Part shown: positions 1 through 13,239 of the stretch, piece after piece
Numbering within the stretch: position 1 is the stretch's first letter
Layout of the letters: each line of letters begins with the position of its first letter
From: Lingula anatina
Taxonomy: Eukaryota > Animalia > Brachiopoda
NCBI GenBank assembly: GCA_051362555.1
Contig: CM120641.1
Span: 30,200,401 to 30,264,400 of the forward strand
Direction of reading: 5' to 3'
Length of the DNA: 64,000 bases
Translations under genes and position numbers: made by a program
The notes under the pieces: generated by a model
The model's database searches: none
What the model was told of the DNA's origin: nothing
What the model saw: the letters and a program-made list of their open reading frames with translations, nothing else

Positions 1-3000
1 CCATGGCTTCAAATAGTTAAACATTAATAATTTTCACAAATCTTGTCTAATGTTTGTGGAATTTGGAGAGATGATGCATAACAACAATACATATCTGTGA
101 TAAGCTCATCAGTTGACTGTGTCTCATGAAAAAGATTTTTTTTAGACAATAAATTTGAGAAAACTGAAAATAACACTGAAACGACTGCCAAATTCCATGG
201 CTTAAAATAGTTAAATGTTAATAATTTTCACACATCTTGTCTAATATTTCTGAAATTTGGATAGATGATGCATAACAACAATACAAATCTGTGATAAGCT
301 CATCAGTTGACTGTGTATCATAAAAAACATTTTTTTGGACAATAAAATTGAGAAAACAGAAAATGACATTGAAAAGACTGCAAAATGCGGTGCCTTAAAA
401 TAGTTAAACGTTAAAAATTTTCACAAATCTTGTTCAAGATTTGTAAAATTTAGACAGATGATGCATAACAATAATAAAAATCTGTGATAAGCTCATCAGT
501 TGACTGTGTCTCATGAAAAACATTTTTCAGAGCATATAAATGTGAGAAAACTGAAAATGACATTGAAAAGACTGCCAAATTCCATGGCTTAAAATAGTTA
601 AATGTTAAAAATTTTCACAAATCTTGTCTAATATTTGTGAAATTTGGATAGATGATGCATAACAACAATAAAAATCTGTGATAAGCTCATCAGTTGACTG
701 TGTCTTGTGAAAAAGATTTTTTTGGACAATAAATTTGAGAAAACTGACAATAACACTGAAACGACTGCCAAATTCCATGGCTTAAAATAGTTAAACGTTA
801 ATTTTTTTCACAAATTTTGTCTAATATTTGTGAAATTTGGAAAGATGATGCATAACAACAATAAAAATCTGTGATAAGCTCATCAGTTGAATGTGTCTCA
901 TGGAAAAGAATTTTCAGAGCATATAAATGTGAAAAAACTGAAAATGACATTGCAAAGACTGCAAAATTCCATGGCTTCAAATAGTTAAACATTAATAATT
1001 TTCACAAATCTTGTCTAATGTTTGTGGAATTTGGACAGATGATGCATAACAACAATAGAAATCTGTGATAAGCTCATCAGTTGACTGTGTCTCATGAAAA
1101 AGAATTTTCAGAGCATATAAATGTGATAAACTGAAAATGACATTGAAACGACTGCCAAATTTCATGGCTTAAAATAGTTAAACGTTAATAATTTTCACAA
1201 ATCTTGTCTAATATTTCTGAAATTTGGATAGATGATGCATAACAACAATACAAATCTGTGATAAGCTCATCAATTGACTGTGTCTCATAAAAAAGATTTT
1301 TTTGGACAATAAAATCGAGAAAACAGAAAATGACATTGAAAAGACTGCAAAATGCGGTGCCTTAAAATAGTTAAACGTTAATAATTTTCACAAATCTTGT
1401 TCAAGATTTGTGAAATTTAGATAGATGATGCATAACAACAATAAAAATCTGTGATAAGCTCATCAGTTGACTGTGTCTCATGAAAAACATTTTTCAGAGC
1501 ATATAAATGTGAGAAAACTGAAAATGACATTGAAAAGACTGCCAAATTCCATGGCTTAAAATAGTTAAATGTTAAAAATTTTCACAAATCTTGTCTAATA
1601 TTTCTGAAATTTGGATAGATGATGCATAACAACAATACAAATCTGTGATAAGCTCATCAGTTGACTGTGTCTCATTTAAAAGATTTTTTGGACAATAAAT
1701 TTGAGAAAATTGAAAATGACACTGAGAAGACTGCAAAATGCAGTGCCTTAAAATAGTTAAACGTTAATAATTTTCACAAAACTTGTTCAATATTTGTGAA
1801 ATTTGGAGAGATGATACTTAACAATAACAAAAATCTGTGATAAGCTTAACAGTTGACAGTGTGTGATAGAATTGTAGTTGTTTGACATTTTGTATGCGAA
1901 GAGTGAGAATTATCTACAATATTTTTTTTTCAATTTCACAACATCTAATTAGACTCACATTAAACATCAAATATTATGATTTGAGTTTGTTTGTGTAAGA
2001 GGTGACAAATTACCCATAATTGTCCTCTGGAAAAGAATATATACCCATTTAAGACATCTCCTTACTACCAATACCAGATGCAGATTCCTCCTTACAATCG
2101 GTTTCTGGAATAGGGTTTAGCACACCATTTGACAATGTCCTAAAGCTTGCCATATACCATCTATTGTACACATGGATGAGACATAGCATTGCTCTTGCTG
2201 TTGTCTTTTGCTGTCTGTTTTTTCTATAGGAATTAGCCCTGACCAGACAGGAAGAATCAGTTCACCAAAAAAGCCATCACGCTGTATGGAAAAGGTCACC
2301 TGGAAAAAGAACAATATGTTTGATAAAAGTGAAAATTAAATTCTAAAAATTGACAAATTTCCCACACTAAAATAGTTGAACAATAATTTTAAGAAACTTA
2401 ACCTAAACAGTTGACTATGTCTAATAAAAAGGATATTTTCAGAACATATAAATTTGAGAAATACTGAAAATGACATTGAAAAGACTGCCAAATTCAATGG
2501 CTTGAAATAGTTAAATGTTAAAAATTTTCACAAATCTTGTCCAATATTTGTGAAATTTTGATAGATGATGCATAACAATAACAAAAATCTGTGATAAGCT
2601 CATCAGTTGACTGCGTCTCATGACAAACATTTTTCAGAGCATATAAATTTGAGAAAACTGAAAGTAACACTGAAACGACTGCCGAATTCCATGGCTTAAA
2701 ATAGTTAAACGTTAATAATTTTCACAAATCTTGTCTAATATTTGTGAAATTTGGATAGATGATGCATAACAACAATAAAAATCTGTGATAAGGTCATCAG
2801 TTGACTGTGTCTCATGAAAAACATTTTTTAGAGCAAATAAATGTGAGAAAACTGAAAATGACATTGAAAAGACTGCCAAATGCGGTGCCATAACATAGTT
2901 AAACGTTAATAATTTTCACAAATCATGTCCAATATTTGTGAAATTGGGACAGATGATGCATAACAGCAATAAAAATCTGTGATAAGCTTATCAGCTGACT

Positions 3001-6000
3001 GTGTCTCATGGAAAAGATTTTTTTAGAGCATATAATTTGGAGAAAACTGAAAATTACATTGAAAAGACCTGCAAATTCCATGGCATAAAATAGTTAAATA
3101 TTGATGATTTTGACAAACCCAGTCCAATATTTGTGAAATTTGTATAAATGATGCTTAAAATCAATAAAAATCTGTTCTAAGCTTATCAGCTGACTGTGTG
3201 TAATAGAAGTGTAGCTTATTAACAATTTGTATGAAAAGAGTGAGAATTATCAAAAACATTTTTTTTCTCAATTTCACAACATCTAATTAGGCTCTTATTT
3301 AACATCAAATGTTATGATTTGAGTTTGTTTGTGTAAGAGGTGACAAATTACCCATAATTGTCCCGTGGAAAACAATATATACCCATTCAAGACTTCTCCT
3401 TACTACCAAATACCAGATGCAGATTCCTCCTTACAATCGGTTGCTGGAATTGGAGTTTAGCACACCATTTGACAATGTCCTAAAGCTTCCCACATACCAT
3501 CATGAGACATAGCATTGCTCTTGCTGTTGTCTTTTGCTGCCTGTTTTTTTCTATAGGAATTAGCCATGACTAGACAGGAAGAAACAGTTCACCAAAAAAG
3601 CCACCATGCTGTATGGAAAAGGTCACCTGGAAAAAGAACAATATTTTTGAAAAAAGTAAAAAATTTAAAAATTGACAAATTTCACAGACTGAAATAGTTA
3701 AACATTAAGAATTTTTATAAAGTTAACCTTAACAGTTGACTGTCTAATAAAAGGATATTTTCAGTACATATAAATTTGAGAAAACTGAAAATTACATTAA
3801 TAAGACTTCCAAATTCCATGGCTTAAAATAGTTAAACGTTAATAATTTTCACAAATTTTGTCTAATATTTGTGAAATTTGGAAAGATGATGCATGACAAC
3901 AATAAAAATCTGTCATAAGCTCATCAGTTGAATGTGTCTCATGGAAAAGAATTTTTTTGGACAATAAATTTGAGAAAACTGAAAATAACACTGAAACGAC
4001 TGCCAAATTCCATGGCTTAAAATAGTTAAACGTTAATAATTTTCACAAATCTTGTCTAATATTTGTGAAATTTGGATAGATGATGCATAACAACAATAAA
4101 AATCTGTGATAAGGTCATCAGTTGACTGTGTCTCATGAAAAACATTTTTTAGAGCAAATAAATGTGAGAAAACTGAAAATGACATTGAAAAGACTGCCAA
4201 ATGCGGTGCCATAACATAGTTAAACGTTAATAATTTTCACAAATCATGTCCAATATTTGTGAAATTGGGACAGATGATGCATAGCAGCAATAAAAATCTG
4301 TGATAAGCTTATCAGCTGACTGTGTTTCATGGAAAAGATTTTTTTAAGAGCATATAATTTGGAGAAAACTGAAAATTACATTGAAAAGACCTGCAAATTC
4401 CATGGCATAAAATAGTTAAATATAGAAATACTGTTCGCTTCCATACCAGAGGTGAATTTGCAGGGTCCAACAGCCAATAAACTATCTATTTTACTCAATC
4501 CACTCTCTGCGCAGAGTGTGATTGCCATATGTAAATTTGTTAACAGTGCAATTAAAAAGCGTGTATCCCTGCGTGGATGAGCATAGTTTATTACTTAAAT
4601 TATTCTTATAATGTTTGTATTAGTTAGAGAGCCTGTAAATGTAAACCATTTCTTTGTGCTCAATAAATTATTAAATATTAAATATTGATGATTTTGAAAA
4701 ACCCAGTCCGATATTTGTGAAATTTGTACAAATGATGCTTAAAAGCAATAAAAATCTGTTCTAAGCTTATCAGCTGACTGTGTGTAATAGAAGTGTAGCT
4801 TATTAACAATTTGTATGAAAAGAGTGAGAATTATCAAAAACATTTTTTTCTCAATTTCACAACATCTAATTAGGCTCTTATTTAACATCAAATGTTATGA
4901 TTTGAGTTTGTTTGGGTAAGAGGTGACAAATTACTCATAATTGTCCCGTGGAAAACAATATATACCCATTCAAGACTTCTCCTTACTACCAAATACCAGA
5001 TGCAGATTCCTCCTTACAATCGGTTGCTGGAATCGGAGTTTAGCACACCATTTGACAATGTCCTAAAGCTTCCCACATACCATCATGAGACATAGCAGTG
5101 CTCTTGCTGTTGTCTTTTGCTGCCTGTTTTTTTCTATAGGAATTAGCCATGACTAGACAGGAAGAATCAGTTCACCAAAAAAGCCACCATGCTGTATGGA
5201 AAAGGTCACCTGGAAAAAGAACAATATTTTTGAAAAAAGTGAAAAATTTCACACACTGAAATAGTTAAACATTAAGAATTTTTATAAAGTTAACCTTAAC
5301 ATTTGACTGTCTAATAAAAGGATATTTTCGGTACATATAAATTTGAGAAAACTGAAAATTACATTAATAAGACTTCCAAATTCCATGGCTTAAAATAGTT
5401 AAACATTAATAATTTTCACAAATTTCGTCCAATGTTTGTGAAATTTGTACAAGTCATGCATAACAGCAATAAAAATCTGTGATAAGCTCATCAGTTGACT
5501 GTGTCTCATGAAAAACATTTTTTAGAGCAAATAAATGTGAGAAAACTGAAAATGACATTGAAAAGACTGCCAAATGCGGTGCTATAACATAGTTAAACAT
5601 TAATAATTTTCACAAATCATGTCCAATATTTGTGAAATTGGGACAGATGATGCATAACAGCAAGAAAAATCTGTGATAAGCTTATCAGCTGACTGTGTCT
5701 CATGGAAAAGATTTTTTTAGAGCATATAATTTGGAGAAAACTGAAAATTACATTGAAAAGACCTGCAAATTCCATGGCATAAAATAGTAAAATATTGATG
5801 ATTTTGACAAACCCAGTCCAATATTTGTGAAATTTGTACAATTGATGCTTAAAAGCAATAAAAATCTGTTCTAAGCTTATCAGCTGACTGTGTGTAATAG
5901 AAGTGTAGCTTATTAACAATTTGTATGAAAAGAGTGAGAATTATCAAAAACATTTTTTTTCTCAATTTCACAACATCTAATTAGGCTCTTATTTAACATC

Positions 6001-7845
6001 AAATGTTATGATTTGAGTTTGTTTGTGTAAGAGGTGACAAATTACCCATAATTGTCCCGTGGAAAACAATATATACCCATTCAAGACTTCTCCTTACTAC
6101 CAAATACCAGATGCAGATTCCTCCTTACAATCGGTTGCTGGAATCGGAGTTTAGCACACCATTTGACAATGTCCTAAAGCTTCCCACATACCATCATGAG
6201 ACATAGCATTGCTCTTGCTGTTGTCTTTTGCTGCCTGTTTTTTTCTATAGGAATTAGCCATGACTAGACAGGAAGAATCAGTTCACCAAAAAAGCCACCA
6301 TGCTGTATGGAAAAGGTCACCTGGAAAAAGAACAATATTTTTGAAAAAAGTGAAAAATTTAAAAATTGACAAATTTCACACACTGAAATAGTTAAACATT
6401 AAGAATTTTTATAAAGTTAACCTTAACAGTTGACTGTCTAATAAAAGGATATTTTCGGTACATATAAATTTGAGAAAACTGAAAATTACATTAATAAGAC
6501 TTCCAAATTCCATGGCTTTAAATAGTTAAACGTTAATAATTTTAACAAATTTCGTCCAATGTTTGTGAAATTCGTACAAGTCATGCATAACAGCAATAAA
6601 AATCAGTGATAAGCTCATCACTTGACTGTGTCTCATGAAAAACATTTTTCAGAGCATATGAATTGGAGAAAATTGAAAATTACGTTGAAAAGACTGCCAA
6701 ATTCCATGGCTTAAAATAGTTAAACGTTAATAATTTTCACAAATCTTGCCCAATATTTGTGAAATTTGGACAGATGATGCATAACAGCAATAAAAATCTG
6801 TGATAAGCTCATCACTTGATTGTGTCTCATGGAAAAGATTTTTTCAGAGCATATAATTTGGAGAAAACTAAAAATTACATTAAAAAGACCGGCAAATTCC
6901 ATGGATTAAAAAAGTTAAACGTTAATATTTTCACAAATCTAGTCCAATATTTGTGAAATTTGTACAAATAATTCCTTAGATCAATAAAAATCTGCGATAA
7001 GCTCATCAGTTGACTGGGTTCAATGAAAAAGATTTTTTTTTTTTTTTGGACAATATATTTGAGAAAACTATAATTTTTAGTGAAAAGACTGCCAAATTCC
7101 AAGGTATAAAATAGTTAAACGTTAATAATTTTGACAAATCTTGTCCATTATTTGTGGAATTTGGACAAATGATACTTTACAATAATAAAAATCTGTGATA
7201 AGCTTATCAGCTGACTGTGTGCAATAGAAGTGTAGCTTATTGACAATTTGTATGAGAAGACTGAGAATTATCAAAAACATTTTTTTTCAATTTCACAACA
7301 TCTAATTAGCTTCATATTAAACATCAAATGTTATGATTTGAGTTTGTTTGTGTAAGAGGTGACAAATTACCCATAATTGTCTTCTGGAAAACAATATATA
7401 CCCATTCAAGACTTCTCCTTACTACCAATACCAGATGCAGATTCCTCCTTACAATTTGTTTTTGGAATTGGGGTTTAGCACACCTTTTGACAATGTCCCA
7501 AAGCTTGCCTACCACCTATTGTAGACATGGATGACACAATCCATTGCTCTTGCTGCTGTCTTTTGCTGCCTGTTTTTTCTATAGGAATTGGCCATGACCA
7601 GACAGGAAGTATCAGTTCACCAAAAAAGCCCCCACGCTGTATGGAAAAGGTCACCTGGAAGAGAAATGTACAATGTATTTTAAAAAAAATGGAAATTCAA
7701 TTTTAAAAAGTGATATATTTATCAGACTAAAATAGCTAAACATTAATAATTTTGATTAAGTTGGATTTAAAAGTTGATTGTGTCTAATGGAAAGGCTCAT
7801 CTGGAAAAAGAACAGCAAGTTTGGAAAAAAGTGAAAATATCGCCA
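1..7845. repeat. Complex satellite array: ~193-194-bp monomers interspersed with five copies of a ~0.5-kb spacer; runs off the left edge
   Basis: The CCATGGCTT landmark recurs at 1, 195, 582, 775 and 969 (variant at ~1162). The spacer (ACAACATCTAATTAG...GGAAAAGGTCACCTGG) lies at ~1860-2400, 3195-3730, 4780-5300, 5890-6430 and 7220-7790. Confidence 0.95.
4424..4677 (+). mobile_element. 5'-truncated non-LTR retrotransposon (LINE) 3' end inserted in a satellite monomer
   Basis: Absent from the homologous monomers (e.g. ~3090). Open frame EILFASIPEVNLQGPTANKLSILLNPLSAQSVIAICKFVNSAIKKRVSLRG*, then an AT-rich UTR, AATAAA, and TTAAATAT duplicated at both junctions. Confidence 0.7.
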
Positions 7846-9210
7846 GTTCTTGAGATATAAGGGATAGAAAATTTGCAAAGCTCAGTTCATGGTGAAAATT
7901 AGGTCAAAGGTCAATTTCAGGATCACAGTTAGATTGGCAGTATATGACATCATATTCAAATTCAATGAGGGTAAGAAATACTCCCCCTTAATCACCAATC
8001 ACGAAGAATTAAAACAGGTTAATCACCAATCACGAAGATATATTCAGGTCAATCGCCAATCACGAGGATTTGAAAGCTATCACCATTCATCAAGATAGAA
8101 AATTGCTATACTTGCAGGAATGCAAAGAATTCAAAACATTCCCAGAATAATTAATTTCGTATGTTGAATGACATGAATCGTCTGTTTAGAGATATTCAGC
8201 CATTCTTATTGGTCAGGATTCCCGTGACAGAGACTAAGGCGATGATATACGAATAGAACAGGAAAGTAACAAACTACTCACATTTCCACTTTTCTACCTG
8301 CCTTGTTTGAAGAGTTTGTTGAATTTATCTACAGTGAATGATCGCCCTACAATCATGATACAAAGTTTGGGACTATCTAGAACAAATTCCTCTAATGCTA
8401 ATTAAACATTTTTACGAATCACGTTGATGAATTCATACCAATTAATAACGCGGAACAAAGAAGTTCCTGAATCACGTTTCACGCAGAATATTGCGCTCCA
8501 ATAATGTACCACGCTCGAAAAATAAGGCCAGTCACGTGTAACACAAAAGGTATTAATTATGGGTGTATCTTTGCCAGTTTTGGAGACATGAAGATTGGAA
8601 AAATTGCAAAGTGCAGTTCATAATGAAAAGTAGGTCAAAGGTCAATTTTAAGGTCACAGTTAGATTACCAGTATATGACGTCCTTAGTTCAATAGTAACT
8701 ATGGGCATAGCTCTGCTAATTTTGGAATAATTCACATTTCATTTTCACCACTGAATATTGAAACATTGTATTTTTTTATATAGTGCAATGAAAAAACCAC
8801 GTCGAAAACAAAAAAAAAAAAAGGACACCACCTCCAGTATTACATTTGACAAGTTCTACAAAAAATGCTAAAAACAAAAGGTCTCTAGCTTTTACGGTTC
8901 CAGAATTAGAGAGAGTTTTCAGTTTCGGTATCTAATGATTGCTTCTCCCATGAAAATGCACCGATTAACCCCATACTCCCAAAGATGAAAGGAGTTGCTG
9001 ATTGTAATCCCTCACTATAATATGACAGCTTAGGTCTGTGTAGTTTCTGAAAATTGGTACAAACAATTGATCATCAGCTGAGTTTATTTTTCCAAATGAA
9101 AGTCATTGACATAGGAACTGTAAAGGTAAAAGTCAGGCTCTTTAAGTTTATTTATGATAACTATGTCACTTATTAAATTCAGTGCTAATGATTTAACTTA
9201 CGGTACTTTT
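7845..9210 (-). mobile_element. Diverged fragment of the same Helentron-like family as 18563-21481
   Basis: Two diverged 146-bp units (AGGTCAAAGGTCAATTT) at ~7850-7966 and ~8552-8730. 8800-8990 aligns by eye with 20765-20960 (GGTCTCTAGC...ACGGTTCC...TTTTCAGTTTCGGTATC...GAAAATGCACCGATT). No termini seen. Confidence 0.75.
7967..8551. mobile_element. Insertion splitting a 146-bp unit; probable truncated non-autonomous DNA transposon
   Basis: The flanks rejoin into one unit (TTCAAT / ATTAATTATGG). The AATCAC(G) motif is repeated near both ends, like subterminal binding sites. No matching TIR pair found. Confidence 0.5.
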
Positions 9211-9274
9211 CAAAAGTTTTAAGTTTTTGCTATAACATACTGAAACAAACAAGAAGTACAGCTTTCAGTTTTAG

Positions 9275-10619
9275 GTTGACAAAAATAGTTTTCTGTTATT
9301 AATTTATGCAAATTAAACATGACTTCCAGCCAGTTGTGGATAGCTGCAAAATGGACTTGAAGGTCATTAAAGATGGATCTGTGCATCTAGACCTTCAGCA
9401 AACAATAAGAGGAGCACCTTATTGGAGCTACTTTCAAAGTGAACCATGTGGTTGCACACTCAAAGTACAAGACTGAGGCTATTAAAAGGGATTCCATCCA
9501 AGCTATGCTTGATAATCTTAATTAATATTTTGATTTTAAACCCATATGATATTAATTGATTTCCCCAATACATTACAAGTTGTGCCATTAAAGATTATGA
9601 GTTTTCTTAAATTATTCATTCCTTTTTAAGTACTCGCTTTGATTTATAACAAATTTAATGACTTTTTCAATTATAGCCAAATATTATTATTTATAATTAT
9701 TTTTAAATCAATAATTTAATTTTTCTTTTTATTAAAAAGAAGTTTTTACTTTGTGTGCATCTTAGAATTTAGTTCTGTATTGTATTATTCCCAGATTCCC
9801 TGACCAGGAGCTGATGTCCTCTTTCTGTGTTTTGGGGATGAAGCCCATTTCTCTACTCAGTCAGGATGAGCTGCAGTGTTGGGGGGATGAATCCATGGAA
9901 ATGCTGACATCTCACTTTGGGGAGAAAATGCACACAATGAATTCAAAGGAATCTGTGTCCAAGACCCTTATTGATGCTCAAGAGGTGAAGAAAGAATGGA
10001 GAATTGTAAAAAAATGATCTTCTTACTCAGTGTTACCCAAGGCATTCAACTGCAAAACTCTGGGAATTGATAGCTACTGATCATAAGGATCAATTTCCAA
10101 ATCTCATAATGTTAGCCTCTTTGGCACTGGCACATCCAGTGCACACAGCGGATTGGAAAAAAATTAATTACAACTGCACTAAGAAATAGACTCAATCCAG
10201 AGAAAATTGATGCACTCATGAGAATAAAAATAGAAGGAAGGGATTACTTTGATTTTGTTAGTTGTCTAAAAAAATGGAGGCAAAAAAGCAGAGGGTGATT
10301 TTCCACTTGTAATCATAAGTAAACTGACTTTGCTTTTAAGAGACAGTGCATGAGAATTAAACTGTTGTTTCTGTCAATAAAACAGGCCCTCCTGATATGG
10401 ATGTGGTTTGAAACATCACTACAGGTTTTATTGTTATTAAAGAGAAAAAAAATCAGATTGAATAAAAAAAAAAGAATAAAGCACCAAATCAATATGTAAT
10501 TTACCTCTAGTATTACAATATTGATGACCATCAAATGTATTAAAACATGATTACCAAAAAAATCCCACTCATAGGCAAAAATCCCACTGCTTCATTTCCA
10601 GTGGGATAAAATATCCCTG
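9275..10619 (+). pseudogene. hAT-superfamily (ZNF862-like) transposase relic, last two exons, with putative right terminus
   Basis: Acceptor TTATTCCCAG at ~9793, then FPDQELMSSFCVLGMKP...KEWRIVKK and, after frameshifts, FPNLIMLASLALAHPVHTAD and LRNRLNPEKIDALMRIKIEG (hAT dimerisation domain). ATCCCACT motifs repeat and the element ends in ATATCCCTG (reverse complement CAGGG...). Confidence 0.8.
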
Positions 10620-11862
10620 CATTTAGCATAGTTACACTCCTCACATACGTATATATTTGACATGAGGACTATAATGGAAGGGCAGCATTAACCCTCTGCC
10701 ACCCAAAGGCACTTGTGATGACACAAAAACGTAAATTTAACTGATGGTTTAAAAAGTATAAATTTACGAAAATCTTATACGTGTAACACAATAGAAAAAA
10801 ATTATCTAAGCTATATTTTGGTAAATTTGATATTGGTCTTTAAATTTGAAAAAAGGCTCCTTTATTAGTACAATCTTTGCCATAAACTTTTCAGTTTTCT
10901 GGCCAATTGGACCACCAGTTTCCTAAAATCTACTGGATTTACTGAGGTCCAAGTAAATTTTTGAATAAACTACACATTTTCACCTACTGCATTACTATTT
11001 GCAATAACAAGACACGGGTTTTGTCACAATTTTTCTTTAGAATCATCATATAACAGTTATATTGAACAAAAAAAAAAATAGATCAAAAGTCACCTATCTG
11101 GTGCATACCTAGTGTCATTATTATTTTCTTAGCACCTAGCCAGTGCCAGCTTGCAAGGTCTATAATTATACATGGCACAGGGCTGCAATACTGAACAACC
11201 CTTTTTTCTTGTGTGAAAACTAGGCAATGTGTGTGACCGTAGATGATCTATTTCACTGGCCAGTCATTTTAAACTAAAAACGGAATAAACATAATCCATG
11301 GGTCAAGCAGTTAGTGAGTAGGAGAAAATTGCTCCTTACCCCAGGAAAAATCATTGGGGGGGAGGGGGGGGGAGGGGGAGGGAGGGGGAGGGTTAGATCT
11401 AGTGGATAACTTGTTTAACTACAAGCAATAAGTTGAACAAATGCCATGTACAGTTTTTAAATAATGTGACCTTTAAAAAGTTTGAATCAATTGCAGCTAA
11501 ACAGTGTTATGCTCATGACATTTTGGCTATATTTTCAGCTTTTCATTTTAATTTTTTTTAATACTTTAAACTTTTTTTTTTTGCAGTTACGAACAACCTT
11601 GTGGGGAGATAAAACAGTGTTATAAGTTTTACATTGCAGCAGTTTTTACAAAATGTCTTAAATTTCATTCAAAAATTTTAAAATGGCCCATAAGGCCATA
11701 TTTGACAATCATGCAGCAACAGATGGGTATCCATGGAAGCTTTGTTACTATGGAAACACATTCTAAGAAAACCAGATATAATCAAAGTTTTCTAGGCATG
11801 AAATTTTCTACTTTTCTACTCACATATATATTGTATACCTGATCCTGCCAGGTGTCAAATAA

Positions 11863-12302
11863 CAGAGATGCCCACCTCTGGAAATCTAAAATCTGGAGAT
11901 TCTAAAATTTTGCTCAATAAGGGGGGGGGGGGGGGGGGGGGGGGGGGGTTGTGCTCAGTGGGGGGGGGGGGGGGGGACCCCTATCTCAAACAATTAGAAG
12001 AGAAGTTTTCAAGAGATCACCCAACTATTCTGAAAATAAATCGACAGGGCGTTAGCTGACAGTGGTGAATATTTGTAAAAGTCGGGGGGGGGGGGGGACC
12101 CCTATCTCAAACAATTAGAAGAGAAGTTTTCAAGAGATCACCCAACTATTCTGAAAATAAATCGACAGGGCGTTAGCTGACAGTGGTGAAAATTTGTAAA
12201 AGTCGCTTTTATCCGGGAGATTTGGTTACATGTACGGGTGACGGGTAGATTCGTTCTGTATCCGGGAGACTCCCAGATTATCCGGGAGAGTCGACATGTA
12301 TA
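11863..12302. mobile_element. Degenerate hAT-type MITE with poly-G tracts and a 122-bp internal tandem duplication
   Basis: Starts CAGAGATGCC and has three CCGGGAGA subterminal motifs near the right end. ~11960-12082 is duplicated at ~12083-12204. Confidence 0.5.
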
Positions 12303-13239
12303 CAACAAGCCCAAATGAATGTCTATTGGGTAAGTCTTTATACTTACCCAATAAACTAAAATGCACTCCTTTTCGATTGTGTTAACTTGCAAAACTAAAT
12401 GTATTCCGCGCTTTCCAATCCCGAAAAATCTTCACTGAATCTTTGAATATGTAAGGCAAGGTGCCAGTGGCGATTGAATGGGAGAAGATGGCATTTTGTT
12501 ACGTAGTTAGATATATTCCATAACGTGCGAAATGCTTGAAAATAGTATTCCGATCCGAAAGAACAAGTCTGTTGATGAAAAAAAAAAGACCCGCAGTGAA
12601 AACGCAATCAACATATCTGTCACAACTAACACACTATATCGGAGGAGAATCGGGGCACATCAGGCGCATTCAAATATAAATTGATGATATATTGGTTGAA
12701 AAGAATTTGATTTTATAAGCATTGTTCATTATTTAAAAGGAAGGAAGTTTTTTGAAAACGGTAGGCCTATATGTAGGCCCTATCTGTCTTGTTTGAGTTC
12801 TATACTCTGGTAGTTGACACCCTCCAAGGACTAGTGTACGGCAGTTTGGCAGAATTATTAAACCCCATTCTACCTCTCAATTTGATATTGTCTTGATTTA
12901 ATTTGGTTAGATAAGAAAAGGAAGACGGAATGTGGCCCTCAATGTTCTAGGTCATTTCTAAACTAAGGGTGGAGCCTGGAGAGCTTATAACAAGGCCATC
13001 AAATATCAATAACGTTCAGCAGACGAGAACAATCGGCTCTCTAGCCAATCGTTGCATTTTCCTAAATTAAAAAGCAAACAAAACCAAAAAACATCTGCTT
13101 CAGAAAATTAAGAAATTTTTATAGAATTTGGCGGTAATACAAAAAAAATCCAGCAGGCAATAGCCGGACTTTCTCCATTCATGTTACACAGCTGTACTCG
13201 CCTAGTGTAGAAATGGCACATGAATTACAACTATGTACC

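Noticed and set aside
1-7845. CRISPR-like or coding interpretation of the repeat-plus-spacer array and its short ORFs
   Set aside because: Units are ~194 bp, spacers are copies of each other, there are no cas genes and the context is eukaryotic. The ORFs are by-products of the repeat.
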